Shown here: positions 12,105-25,022 of the stretch, piece by piece | Numbering within the stretch: position 1 is the first letter of the stretch | Layout of the letters: every line of letters starts with the position of its first letter | Assembly (NCBI GenBank): GCA_964106645.2 | Contig: OZ067044.1 | DNA: 64,000 nucleotides | Reading direction: 5' to 3' (one strand) | Source: Podarcis pityusensis | Taxonomy: Eukaryota | Notes under the pieces: model-generated | The model's database searches: none | What the model saw: only the letters and a program-made list of their open reading frames with translations | Told to the model about the DNA's origin: nothing | Made by a program: the position numbers and the translations under genes

Positions 12105-12360
12105 GAATTCCATAGTTTAACTATGCATTGTATGAAGAAGGTCTTCCTTTTATCTGTTCTGAATCTCCCAATTTTCAGCTTCACCCAATGGCCACAGGCT
12201 CCGGTAATATGGGGGAGAGGGATCTCTCTATTCATTTTCTCAACCTCGTTCATAATTCTATACAGCTGTCTCACGTCCCTTCTTGTCTTTTATCCAAACT
12301 AAGTATCCCTACAGAAGTTGTTGCACCCATGGATCATTTGGGATGCCTTTTTCTGTGCTT
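12105..12360 (-). mobile_element. CR1 LINE fragment (ORF2 C-terminus)
   Basis: ORF 12017..12274 reads LYRIMNEVEK..GHWVKLKIGRFRTDKRKTFFIQCIVKLWNSL, typical of the CR1 ORF2 C-terminus. Confidence 0.8.
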
Positions 12361-12865
12361 GCTGTTATTTCACACAACTTCTTTTTATGAATCCTCCAGA
12401 GAAGCCACACACAGCCCAAAATTATACTACAAATAAATAGGAAGCATTCATGTTTTATGCATTCTTCAGTTAAGTTGATCATAACAGGACAAATAAACTG
12501 TGCTTTGTGTGAGTGAAAAAGTACAAATCCTTATTTTTAATTGATGAGGGATGTATAAATAACTATATATTTATGGTGACATGCTAATACCCCACAGGAA
12601 GATTGAACACTCAAGCTGTATGCATGCTTACATTTCCTTTAATTCCAGAGATGAAGACTCACTCTGCCATTATTGTATGATTCAGAATTTATTCTGTGTC
12701 TACCATTGCAATTTAAAAGCTACTTGTAGGAAAAGGTCTTCACTATCAGAACAACTGCTGCTAATACTGTAATTTGATTTTGCTGACACCCTTACATAGT
12801 AAAACAAAATAAAAAAATGAGTTTTATTCCTTTAAGGTAAGGCTGTTTCTGCAAGCAAAACTTAC

Positions 12866-15295
12866 CTGCTCACCAACCTCCTCTTTGGCATTGGCATCCC
12901 CACAGTTGCCATCCACAAGAACCACCTGAGAGATATCATTGCATAGCAAGTTTTCTGCCACCTGGATATGGGGTTTCGGGAAAGAGATCTGCTCTTTTCT
13001 CATCTCTGACGATAGACAGAGTTGGTAGGAATAAGGTAAAGTTCCTTCTTCATAGTTTGGTGGAAATATGACCTGCGCCTTAGAAAAAGCATTAGGTTCA
13101 AAGCATTGGAATAATTTGGGATTTCCTGATTGTCGAAGTTTCATGACAATGACCAGTATCACCGTCAGGAGGAACAAAAATGAGATCAATGCCAAAGCCA
13201 GCACCAAGTAAAACTGGAGGTCAGAATGATGCTCTGTGTCACCGGATTGCCTAGTCATTTCTGGAAGTGCCTCTTGGAAGTTCTCGGCAACCACGAGGTT
13301 GAGGACCACAGTAGCTGAGAGTGGAGCCTTCCCATTGTCCTTCACCAAGATGACCAGCTTCTGTTTCACAGCATCTTTCTCCAGAAGGGCTCGTGACGTC
13401 CTGATCTCTCCCGTGTGGGTCCCAATGGTGAAGAGGGCCGGCTCTGTGGCCTGTAGCACTTGGTAGGAGAGCCAGGCATTGTGCCCAGAGTCCGCGTCCA
13501 CAGCCACCACTTTGGTCACTAGGTAGCCTGGCTCTGCCGAGTGAGGAACCATCTCAAACAAGGCAGAGCCCTCAACACCCGGGACAGGATACAGAACGCG
13601 AGGGCTGTTATCGTTCTGATCCAAAATGTACACCCACACGGTTGCATTGTTGCTGAGAGAGGGAGAGCCGCCATCTTGGGCCTTCACTTGGATCTGAAAC
13701 TCCCTGAATTGCTCATAGTCAAAGGAGCGCTGTGCATAGATAGTTCCCGTCTCAGAGTTGATGGAGACGTAAGAGGAGAGAGGCAGCTCCTCCATGTTGC
13801 TGTTGAGGATGGAGTAAGTGATACGTGAGTTGCGGTCCAGATCTGGGTCCAAGGCTTTGATGGAGAAAATGGAGGCACCCGAGGGATTGTTTTCAGGCAC
13901 AAAGACACTGTAGGTTGATTTTTGAAAGACAGGGGGGTTGTCATTGATATCTGAAATCTGCAGGGAGATGGTTTTGTTGGAGGAGAGAGGGGGGCTACCT
14001 TTGTCGGTGGCTGTGATTGTGATGTTGTATCCTGAGGCTTTTTCTCTGTCCAAAGGACTGTCTGTAAGGATTTTGTAGTAGTTCTTAGATACAGATGCTA
14101 TTTTAAATGGTACATTACTTTGTAAGTGGCAGGTGAGCTTTCCATTTTCTCCTGAATCCCTATCCTTTACGTTGATGAGAGCTATTACTGTTCCAGAAAC
14201 AGAATCTTCTGGAATTGGAGAAGATAAGGAGGCTAGAATAATTTCTGGAGCATTGTCATTCTGATCTATAATCTTTATATCAACATTAGAGTGAGCCACT
14301 AATCCACCTCCATCTCTTGCTTCAACTGCCATAGTGTACTTCTCTGTTTCCTCAAAGTCAAAGGTCTCCTTAATTGTAATTGTTCCACTTTGTGGATCTA
14401 GTCTAAATTTCTCATACACTTTTTCTGGGACTTTACTGAATGTGTAATGGATCTGACTATTTGAACCTTCATCCCTATCAGAGGCTTTTACTTGGAGTAT
14501 GGAGGACCCCACAGGGGAATTTTCCCTCAGGCTAACTGTATAAACCTCTTGAGTGAAGACTGGTGGGTTGTCATTGGCATCTGTGACGTTAATCCATATC
14601 TGGGCAGTCCCAGTTTTTTTTGGTTCACCACCATCAAGAGCCGTGAGGATCAACTGAAGCGAGTGCTCACTTTCCCGATCCAAAGGTTTTTGTAGGACCA
14701 ACTCTGCATTTTTATGGCCATCTAGACTGTGTTTAATTTCTAATACAAAGAACTGATTTAGGTTTAACTGATAATTCTGGAGAGAATTAATCCCAGTATC
14801 AGGATCTTCAGCTTTCCCAAGGAGAAATCTAGCACCTGGCAATGTGGATTCAATTATTTCCAGTCTAATATTGGCTTCTAAGAATTGTGGGGCATTATCA
14901 TTAATGTCCTGAATTGCTACACTTACATGGAAAACATTCAATGGATTTTCAACCACAGCTTCAAAATCTATAAGGCAGTGTGTGCTCTCTCTACACATCC
15001 CCTCACGATCTATCCTCTCATTCACATACAGGTTTCCATTTTCAGCATTGATAGTGAAATAAGGCTTTTTACCTTCAGAAATGATATGCAGGTTTCTGCT
15101 CTTCAGTTCTCTGGCATTCAGTCCCAGATCCTTGGCAAGATTTCCCACCAAAGACCCCTTTGCCATCTCCTCAGGAATAGAATAGTGAACCTCTTCCAAA
15201 ACTGCTCCACAAAACAAAGATGATAATATCAGAAGGGTAATATGCCTTCCTGATGTTTGAAAGCTCTCTCCATGAAGGATTCCTCTCATCTTCAT
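12866..15295 (-). CDS. PCDHGB: Protocadherin gamma-B-like variable exon 3 (type A)
   Basis: ORF 12824..15319; ATG 15295; donor CAG|GTAAG at 12866/12865; paralog of exon 1. Confidence 0.93.
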
Positions 15296-15540
15296 TTTCC
15301 TCTTCTCTTTGATGAGCACAGGATTTCAGATTTCCACCAAGACAGGAGGGTTTTCGCCCCCTAGTAAAAAAAGAACTGGATCCTTTGGCTTAATTTGTAT
15401 ATGCTGCAGTGTTTTCTGTTTTCCAGCTGAAACGTTTGTTCCAGCGTCTGCTGGTTTTCCCGATGTGCAGTTTGGGACAAAGAGATCTCTCTGCAGAAAG
15501 CATCAGTGGAACTTCAGCTGCCCTTGGATTGCCGCCTTGT

Positions 15541-15578
15541 CCAACAGTGACACTGTGAGTCTGAAACCGAGAACTGCA
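15541..15578 (-). promoter_or_regulatory. CSE / CTCF site, exon 3 promoter (CACT)
   Basis: Same sequence as exon 1 CSE. Confidence 0.8.
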
Positions 15579-18500
15579 ATCTTTTCCCAGTGATTTTTCT
15601 CTCCTAATTCATGACATGACATAGTAGTATTTTTATGTAATGACTCAGACCATATTCTCATACAGGTTATGTGAATATGTCTGTTAGAAAGTGCTATCTG
15701 TTCACCATTATAATCAGCTTCAAATGAATATTTGCAGCAATTAAAAACAGTAATGAATTTATAGCACTATCTCCACGATTTCTTTAAAAAAAATCAGAAT
15801 AGCAGACTGCAGTATGAGAATGATATTGTTATTTATAATAAAAGACTTTTAAACAAATTAGAAAAATATTGTATTAGGCATTTACAGACATCTTAGACTG
15901 TGTGTGGAAAGCCTAAAGCCGTGTCTGAAAATTGTGTTTATTTTTACATAATTTCACTGAAAATAGTGCCACATCTCAAGTCCTATTTTGTCACCTTATG
16001 CCCACACAATTTCTGGTCTGTTTGTGTAGCTTCCTCCTTCAACAGTTGTACTGTGTCAGTATTTACCTTTGCCATTTTCCCCACCTGCCCATTTGTCCAG
16101 TTATGATAGACACTTTGCTGATTTCATTTACTTGGTGGTGTGTGCTTTTGACCTTATACAACACCCCAGCTACTTCACAATATCACAGTTATGGTTCATC
16201 CCCTCTACATATGCAAACAATATGGAGACCCCTATTTTGCCGGTGGGGAGTGGGGGGTGGGACAGGACAACCAGAAAGCTACTCAGAAATCACTACGGTC
16301 CTTTCAGTATTTTAGGAAGCTACATATCGTCTCCAGCTGTTAATGCAACTTCATTTAATCAAGGAACAAAACTGCATAAATAAGCCCTGGGTGTTATATG
16401 CTGAACCTCAAATGTTCTGAGCTTTCCCCTCCATTTTTAAACTTCTTTTTCTATGTTTCCTGAGCACACTGCAATTGTCAGTCATGGTCCTGTGCCCTAA
16501 TTCCTTCCAGCAGCTAGCACCAACCCTGGCAAGAACACTCCTCCATCCTCACATCTGCCCTACTGGCCATGAGCCCAGCAGGGAGTTGGAGCGGGTGGTT
16601 CATTGCAGGCTTAAGTAACTCAAGAACCTGCTAATATATCCCACAATGCTATGATCAGAAATACAATTGTCCATCTATTCATGCATTCATGCCATGTAAG
16701 TATCATAGCTAACATGTTGGTAGAGCAGTTCAAGAATTCAACATGCTTCATGTATATTGAGCTGGTCTCATGTAAAGAACAAAACTGTGAACCAGGAATT
16801 CCGTGGTATGAATTTTGCCTCTGACAGGAACTCACTTATATAAGAATTATAAGATAATGTGTCAAATCCAGACTTAAATAAATTTGACTTAAACAAATTT
16901 GACTTAAATTAGTCTTGCTTGACTAACTTGGTCCAAGGATAACTAATTCTGAATCTGACCCATTATATGCAATGCCCTTTGAAACTTATAAATATTATAT
17001 ACACGGTATCATTACTATTGTCTATATCATGAGGCAGAAATACATAACGCAGGCAGTGCAATCTGGCCGGTAGCATTATTGAAAAAACTGACATGGAAAT
17101 TGAAGATAGCAAGAGGCCAGGGGAAATATGATAACTTTTATGCAGTCTTGGATGATTTTATAGATTATACAAACAATGAGACATGTGGCAGAACGGTGCC
17201 TTGGCCTACAGCACAGTTTGGTGTGCATGAAGCACATATTTTATTTTATTCTTCCTGCTTCCTTCTTGCCTTTGTATAATCCCTGCAGACCAACACTGCT
17301 GCTCATACAATATATATTTGTAGTTGTGATCAACAGTCAAAGAGATGGAGGTTATTACGTACCATTTTGTTTTTGTTAAGATTGAAATGATTTTAGAATA
17401 TACACTTTAGCAAAGCTCTGTGGAGTATTTGAAGATAACTCTCTGACTGTATGTAATTCTTTTATTTTTGTTTTAAATAAAATTTAAAAATAAATAAATG
17501 CACAATGCATGTATTTAACAAAATATCCCACATTATCTGTCTGCCTGTCCGCCTTTCACACAGCTGTTTAGAAAGAGCTTTAATGCAATGTGGTTTCACT
17601 TAAAGGAATATGGGGGCTGGAAATATCCACAATCTACTCTAGAAGGCCAGTCAGTCAGTCAGTCAGTCAGCCAGCCAATCAGTCTTGACTTGACTTTTTT
17701 TTTACATCACACATGCAGGAACACACATGCCTTTATTGAACCCCACCTTACAGAAAACAAAACACGACTGATTTGTTTTCCCACCCACAAATTCCAGTCT
17801 GCAGAGATATGGTGAATGGACTTGACCATGGACCACAATCTCATTTATTTACAAGTCTGATCTGATTTCTACCAAGTTGAAGGCCTTCCTTGCAGGTCAC
17901 ATTTAATTGGTGACCCCACTCTGGACTTAAGATTGGGATCAGTACTGAAACTGGTATTTGCTCTTCACTCAATTTTGTGTAGAGGAGGACATTCAAACAC
18001 CAGGAGCTGGTAAATCTTAGGTATGAGATAATTAGTTCTCCTTTCCAGATCCACCCAAGCTAGTAAGGACGCTATGAGGCTAAGCATCCTTTCATGCCAT
18101 GTTGCGCCCACTCTAGGTTTCTTAGGTTTTTAATCTAAATAGAACATGTGCATTGTGGACTATTTAAATGGAATGCCGGTATCTAGATGTAGCTAGACTT
18201 TAATTTTCCACACTCTGAATTTTAATACTGAATTCCAGTATTAAAATTAGAAAAATGTGTGGACTAAACTAATGTAGATGTCATTAGTTTGATAAGGCAA
18301 TTCAATCTGATGTTTCTGGAACTTTCCTCTTCATTGAATGAAACAGGGAAGCTCTAGATCTGAACTATGTATAAATACTTTATACAATGATGTTTAATGT
18401 GAATTGTAGGCAGCAATTCATTGTATAATTTCTAAGTGAAACTATATTAACAGCATAATTCACACGCATAACCTAGATTCAAACAATCTACTGAAGTTCA

Positions 18501-19083
18501 TGGTAGCTGCAGTTCATTAAACTGAAAACTCACACAGTATAAATGAACAAATTTATAATTAATTTTATTTTATGGAGAAGGAAGTAAAGCATAATTTACA
18601 GACACCTCTCAAAAGTATATGTCTTTAAAATTTATAGCTTAAAAAAATTGCTAATAATACTAATAACAGTGATAGTATTTTCTGCTATATAGCAAGGTGC
18701 CCTCCTTTGATTCTACAGCCAAAATTGCTGCCCCCCCAAGCCAAGTAATGTGAAAAACAAAGTTCTTTTCCTCTCTTTATTTAATTTAATGAAAGTAGTA
18801 GAAGGTCAACTCCTCAAAATACTAGTTGTTCAAATGACAGCAAGATAAGTTCTACCAGATGGTTTCAAGGGCATGGCTCAAAGCTGCAATGTGTAGCTTC
18901 CCTATGGAGCGAAAAGGAGCATCCTGATTCATGAAAGCCAAATGATGTAAGAGCCAAACTATTCATTTATATGGTGAAAAACAAAAAGGCAGTCACATTA
19001 GCTGGATAAAAAGCACTGTGACAATGTCACTAATGGCAAAGAATGATGGATAATGGCATTTAATTTCAGAAAACAAACCTTAC

Positions 19084-21504
19084 CTGTTCTCCATTATCTA
19101 CTGCAGAATCAAAATTGCTTCCTACATTGCCTGTAAAAGGCACAGCAGGTTTCTCACTGCCAATAATATTGTCTACCATCTGAACACTGGGTGTCAGGAA
19201 GGTAAACTCGTTCTTCCTGGTCTCAGAAGACAGACACAGCTGGTAGGAATAGGGCAAAGTCCCATCTTCAAAGTTGGGTGGGAAGATGGCACCATTCTTG
19301 GAATGGGGAACAGGACCAAAGCACTGTAGGAACCTGGGATGCCCTGATTGACGGAGCTTCATTGTAACGGCCAGAATCACAGTCAAGAGGAACAAGAAGG
19401 AGATCACAGCTAAGGCCAGCACCAAGTAGAACTGCAGGTCAGACTGATACTCCGAGCTGCTGGGTTGGCTCTTCATTTCCGGAAGGGCCTCCTGAAAGTT
19501 CTCAGCAAACACCAGGTTCAGAGTCATGGTGGCCGAGAGAGGCGGCTGCCCGTTATCCTTCACCATAATGACCAGTCTCTGTTTCACAGCGTCTCTCTCC
19601 ACAAAGGCCCTGGCTGTCCTGATCTCTCCAGTATGAGAACCGACCGTGAAGAGTGCCGGCTCAGTGGCCTGAGTCAGGTGGTAGGAGAGCCAGGCGTTGT
19701 GTCCAGAATCTGCATCCACGGCCACCACCTTGGTGACAAGATAATCTGCCTCGGCCGAACGAGGCACCATCTCAAACAAGGCTGAGCCCTTGGCTTCTTG
19801 GGAGGGGGACAGGATACGAGGGCTGTTATCATTCCTGTCAAGAACAAACACCCTGACGCTCACATTGCTGCTGAGAGGGGGAGAACCCCCATCTTGGGCC
19901 TTCACTTGCAGATGGAACTCTCTGAATTGTTCATAGTCAAAGGATCTCTGGGCATAGATGGTGCCGGTCTCAGAATTAATGGAGATATAGGAGGAGATGG
20001 GAAGCTCCTCAATGTTGCTGTTGAGGATGGAGTATGTAATCCGTGAGTTCTGGTCCATATCGGGATCAGAAGCCTTGATGGTGAAAATGGAGGCACCTGA
20101 AGGATTGTTTTCTGGCACGTAGATGTTGTAGGATGGTTTCTGAAAAGTAGGGGCATTATCATTGATATCTGAGATCTGTAGTGAGATTGTTTTGTGTGTG
20201 GAAAGAGGTGGAGTTCCTCTGTCAGTGGCTGTGATTGTAATATTATATGCAGGAGCTATTTCTCTATCCAAAGGACTGTCGGTCTGGAGCTTGAAGTAAT
20301 TGTTAGATGAGGGAAGAATTTTGAAGGGCAAATCATCGTTTAAGTAGCAAGTAACCTTCCCATTATCTCCACTATCTCTGTCATTCACATTGATCAGTGC
20401 AATGATTGTTCCTGACAGAGAATTTTCAGGAACTGGGCTGAACATGGAGGCTAATGTCACTTCTGGGGCATTATCATTCTCATCATGAACCCTTATCTCA
20501 ATATTAGAATGTGTCACCAATCCACCTCCATCTTTTGCAGCAACTGTCATAGTATATTCATCATCTTCCTCAAAATCCAGTTGCTCCAGAAGAGTGATTC
20601 TACCACTGATGGGATCCAGCCTGAATTTCTGTTCAGCCGTTGCCGGTATGTTGCTAAAATGATACCTGATTTGGGCATATAAACCTTCATCCTCATCAGA
20701 GGCTGCAACCTGGAGCACAAGCGACCCAAGAGGAACACTTTCAGATAAGCTGACCTTGTACACCTCTTGAGTGAAAACAGGCGGGTTGTCATTGGCATCT
20801 GTGACATTAATCTGTATCTGGGCCGTCCCAGTTTTCCTAGGCTCACCCCCATCCATAGCGGTAAGAACCAAGTGAAGGGTCTGTTCACTTTCTCGATCAA
20901 GAGGGTTCTGTAGCACCAGTTCTGCATATTTATTTCCATCTTTTCTCTCTCTCACTTCCAAATTGAAGTACTGATTGGAGCTCAGCTGGTAATCCTGGAG
21001 TGAGTTCATCCCAATGTCAGGATCTTCCGCTTTCCCAAGGAGAAAGCGGGCCCCAGGCAAGGTTAGTTCGCCTGTCTCCAGGTTGATGTTGCCATTGAGG
21101 AATTGTGGTGCATTATCATTAACATCCTGGATTTCCACTAGTACATGGAAAATATTCAAAGGGTTTTCCACCACAACTTCAAAATTAACAAAGCAATTTG
21201 GATTTTTGCCACATATCCCCTCCCTATCAATCCTGTCATTTACATAGAGGTTTCCATTCTCTGCATTGATACTGAAATGCTGCATTTTAGCCACAGACAC
21301 AGTGTGCAGATTGCGATGTTTTAGTTCTTTGGTGCTCAGTCCCAGGTCCTTGGCGAGGTTCCCCACAACGGAACCCTTTGCCATCTCCTCAGGGGTTGAA
21401 TAATGAATCTGCTCTGATGCAGCCCAACAGGTAAAAGACAATAGAGAGAGAAGCAGTACTTGCCTTGTGAGTGCCCTGCCATTCCCTGGGTGCCTTCTCT
21501 CCAT
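19084..21504 (-). CDS. PCDHGB: Protocadherin gamma-B-like variable exon 4 (type B)
   Basis: ORF 19066..21504; donor CAG|GTAAGG at 19084/19083. Confidence 0.93.
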
Positions 21505-21777
21505 CTGGCTGGTTCTCTCAAAAACAGGCTGCTTCCTTTTCTCAGTTTCCTATGCTTAAGCTCTCACAATGATGAAGGAAACAACATGAGGTATCACTGA
21601 GGAAGAATAAACTGCCCTTGTTCTTATATTTGTGCAAAGCAAAAGAGATTTTTCCTTCTCTGCAAGAGTTCCGTCATTGTGCGCTTCAGTTGGCCTGATC
21701 TGAATAACAGTGATGGGAGTTACTGCAGTCTAGGAAGCATCAATGGGTCTCTATCCTATCTCTGGCTTTCATACTGG

Positions 21778-21815
21778 CCAACACTGACACTTAGAGGACC
21801 ACTCGAGGAACTGCA
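21778..21815 (-). promoter_or_regulatory. CSE / CTCF site, exon 4 promoter (CAGT)
   Basis: Same sequence as exon 2 CSE. Confidence 0.78.
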
Positions 21816-22573
21816 TTTTGTTCTATGAAAATAGACAGAGGTGAATAAATGCAGATGTTTCTCCAGCACATACTGTACCTTCCTTTCTGCTCACTGAGTG
21901 GAGCATTTGAGAAAGCTTTTCCTTGGTGTTCTTTCTTAGTGTACAGCTACCCTCATTTATGTTCGTGGCTTTTCAGTACTGTGAAAATTGGGTTCATATC
22001 TGATACTGCAATTACATGAAGGTTATACACATCTTCATTTTTTTTTTGGAAACATGGAAACATTATTATTAATATATAAATATCCAGTTACATAGTAAAA
22101 CTTTATCTTAAAATTAATGTATTACGATAATAGTTATGCTATAGTAGCACAAGAGCTGTAAGTCAACTGAATTTTTGTTGTTGTTGCTTAAATAGAATAT
22201 AAACACCCTATTGAAATTATTCTATTTTTTTATCTCTCCTAAGTTGTTGGATGTCTGTTCATCAACATTTATGGAGCAGAGTACAAGTTCTTCTCAGTGT
22301 TGGGTTGGAATTCCAAGAGTAACTTACTATTCCAAGAGTTCTCTCTCTGTTTTTTGAGGATAAGATGAGATGCAACACTTGCAGCTCCTGTCTAGACAGC
22401 ACTACGTAATAAAAGTGTGTTCGCTGGTATTGGTTCTACATCAGACTCTGCCACTGCCTCCTACCTGCTGGTGCCATACAAATGTCCTTGTGCTTAGCAG
22501 TTGCTCCCCTGTGATCAAAGCAGGAACACAGCACAAGTGCAGGACCAATAGCTGTAGCTGCTCTACCAGCAGT

Positions 22574-22753
22574 AAAAAAAAGGTAAAGGACCCCCGGATA
22601 GTTAAGTTCAGTCAAAGGCGACTATGGGGTGGCGGCGCTCATCTCTCTTTCAGGCCGAGGGAGCCGGCATTTGTCCACAGCCAGCTTTCCAGGTCATGTG
22701 GCCAGCAAGACTAAACAGCTTTTGGCACAACGGAACACCTTGACGGAAGCTAG
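22574..22753 (-). mobile_element. Sauria SINE fragment (duplicated copy)
   Basis: Copy of 10441-10619. Confidence 0.8.
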
Positions 22754-23201
22754 GCATGATCCAACAGGATAAAATGTTTGTTGGCACTTTACACGTGAGC
22801 TCATATCATGATAATAGCATCATGAAGTTTGGGAACTGAGAACAGTGGAGAGACAAGAGGTGTTCGAAGAAATCAATTGTGTCTAATTGAAAGAGTATAT
22901 GATACAGGTCTTATTAGAAAATAACTAAAGTAATTTACTTTCAGTTTGTACGCATTAAAGGTAATAGCTCCTCTTATTGCTCCATAGAACAGCCTACAAG
23001 ACCATAAACCCAATCTGGAGATGTGTATCCTCTTCAAATATTTTTGCCTGGCATACATCCCCTGGAAACTGGAACCCCACTGAACAGAACTGACATTTCC
23101 AAGTGATCACAACCAGAGTGCTGCCTAATTTTCAACATGCTTCTAGTTTTTCATCTGCTAGTCTATCACACAGAAACATTGCACACAACTCTATTTCATA
23201 A

Positions 23202-23434
23202 AAACATAAGAAGAGCCCTGCTGGATCAGGCCAGAGCTCTATTGAGTCCAGCATCCTTCCTCCCACTGTGGCCAACCAGATGCCCCTCAAAAGCTCTGCC
23301 CTTGGTCCACATTCAGAGGTGTCTGGTACTAGACATAATATAGCCAATGTGACAATGATTTTTTCTAATCCCCCTTTAAAACCACCCAAGTAGGTGACCA
23401 TCGTTGCACCTTGTGATAGTGATTTCCATTGTTT
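23202..23434 (-). mobile_element. CR1 3' fragment (duplicated copy)
   Basis: Copy of 11065-11297. Confidence 0.75.
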
Positions 23435-23981
23435 GTTCGTTTAAATAAGTAAATTATTTAGAAATGGTTTATATAAAAACAAAATGGCTAGGCATACAAT
23501 TATCATTAAATTCCTATTATGAAATCAAATAAAGCATATAGCCTTCATAAAGATCCAAATAAAGTATGTGGGTCTGCGTTATCTTGAACTTCATTGCACC
23601 AATAAATTATGAAAAAACACACAGAAAGTTATCAGACTGCCTCCCCTCCCTGACTCTTAGTTGTACCATTGATAAAATATTCCATGCTGTAGTAATCCAT
23701 TCCCCTGAAGTTGGTGTTCTTAGCCCCTGCTAAGACAAATAGTTGCTCTGGCCACAGACAGTAACTGTTGGAGTAATTATCTGTCTTCTGTTTTACTAAA
23801 TCCTTAAAATAACTAGAGAAATCAATGAGAGGATCCATTGGCAAATTGCATCCTGTCATTATTCCATTTTCTCTTATTATATCCACCCACAAATTCTTAA
23901 TTTAGGGACATGTCTCCCAAATATGTTGCATCCTAGCATTGGTTGAATTGTACTTCCAACGTAATCATTTGCTGTACTATA

Positions 23982-24093
23982 AATTTGACAAAACTGTGGG
24001 AGGCAGTGGAAGACAGGAGTGCCTGGCGTGCTCTGGTCCATGGGGTCACGACGAGTCAGACATAACTAAACAACTAAACAACTAAACAACAAC
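23982..24093 (+). mobile_element. BovB 3' end (duplicated copy, tail expanded)
   Basis: Copy of 11845-11940 with extra CAACTAAA units. Confidence 0.8.
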
Positions 24094-24257
24094 TAAAATG
24101 TGACGAAGCTACAGCAGTGTCATATACCATCAAAAAATAAACTTATACAAGTGTTTCTTAAGATTCACACTAATTGTTTGCTGCCATTTCCATTTTCACT
24201 GATATGATGTCCCAGACATCTCTGGCAAGTACTTTGTTGCATTTAGTTGTCAACAAG

Positions 24258-24510
24258 GAATTCCATAGTTTAACTATGCATTGTATGAAGAAGGTCTTCC
24301 TTTTATCTGTTCTGAATCTCCCAATGTTCAGCTTCACCCAATGGCCACAGGCTCCGGTAATATGGGGGAGAGGGATCTCTCTATTCATTTTCTCAACCTC
24401 GTTCATAATTCTATACAGCTGTCTCACTTCCCTTCTTGTAATTTATTTTATCTAAACTAAATATCCCTACAGAAGTTGTTGCACCCATGGATCATTTGGG
24501 ATGCCTTTTT
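24258..24510 (-). mobile_element. CR1 ORF2 fragment (duplicated copy)
   Basis: Copy of 12105-12360. Confidence 0.78.
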
Positions 24511-25022
24511 CTGTGCTTGCTGTATTTCACACAACTTCTTTTTATGAATCCTCCAGAGAAGCCCCACACAGCCCAAAATTATGCTACAAAGAAACAGGAA
24601 GCATTCATGTTTTATGCATTCTTCAGTTAAGCTGATCATAACAGGAAAAATAAACTGTGCTTTGTGTGAGCAAAAAAGTACAAATCCATATTTTTAATTG
24701 ACGAGGGGTGTATAAATAACTATATATTTATGGTGACATGCTAATACCCCACAGGAAGATTGAACACTCAAGCTGTATGCATGCCTACATTTCCTTTAAT
24801 TCCTGAGATGAAGACTCACTCTGTCATTATTGTATGATTCAGAATTTATGCTGCGTCTACCATTGCAATTTAAAAGCTACTTGCAGGAAAAGTTCTTCAC
24901 AATCAGAACAACTGATGCTAATACTGTGATTTGATTTTGCTGACACCCTTTTATAGTAAAACAAAATAAAAATATTAGTTTTATTCCTATAAGGTAAGGC
25001 CATTTCTGAAAGCAAAACTTAC

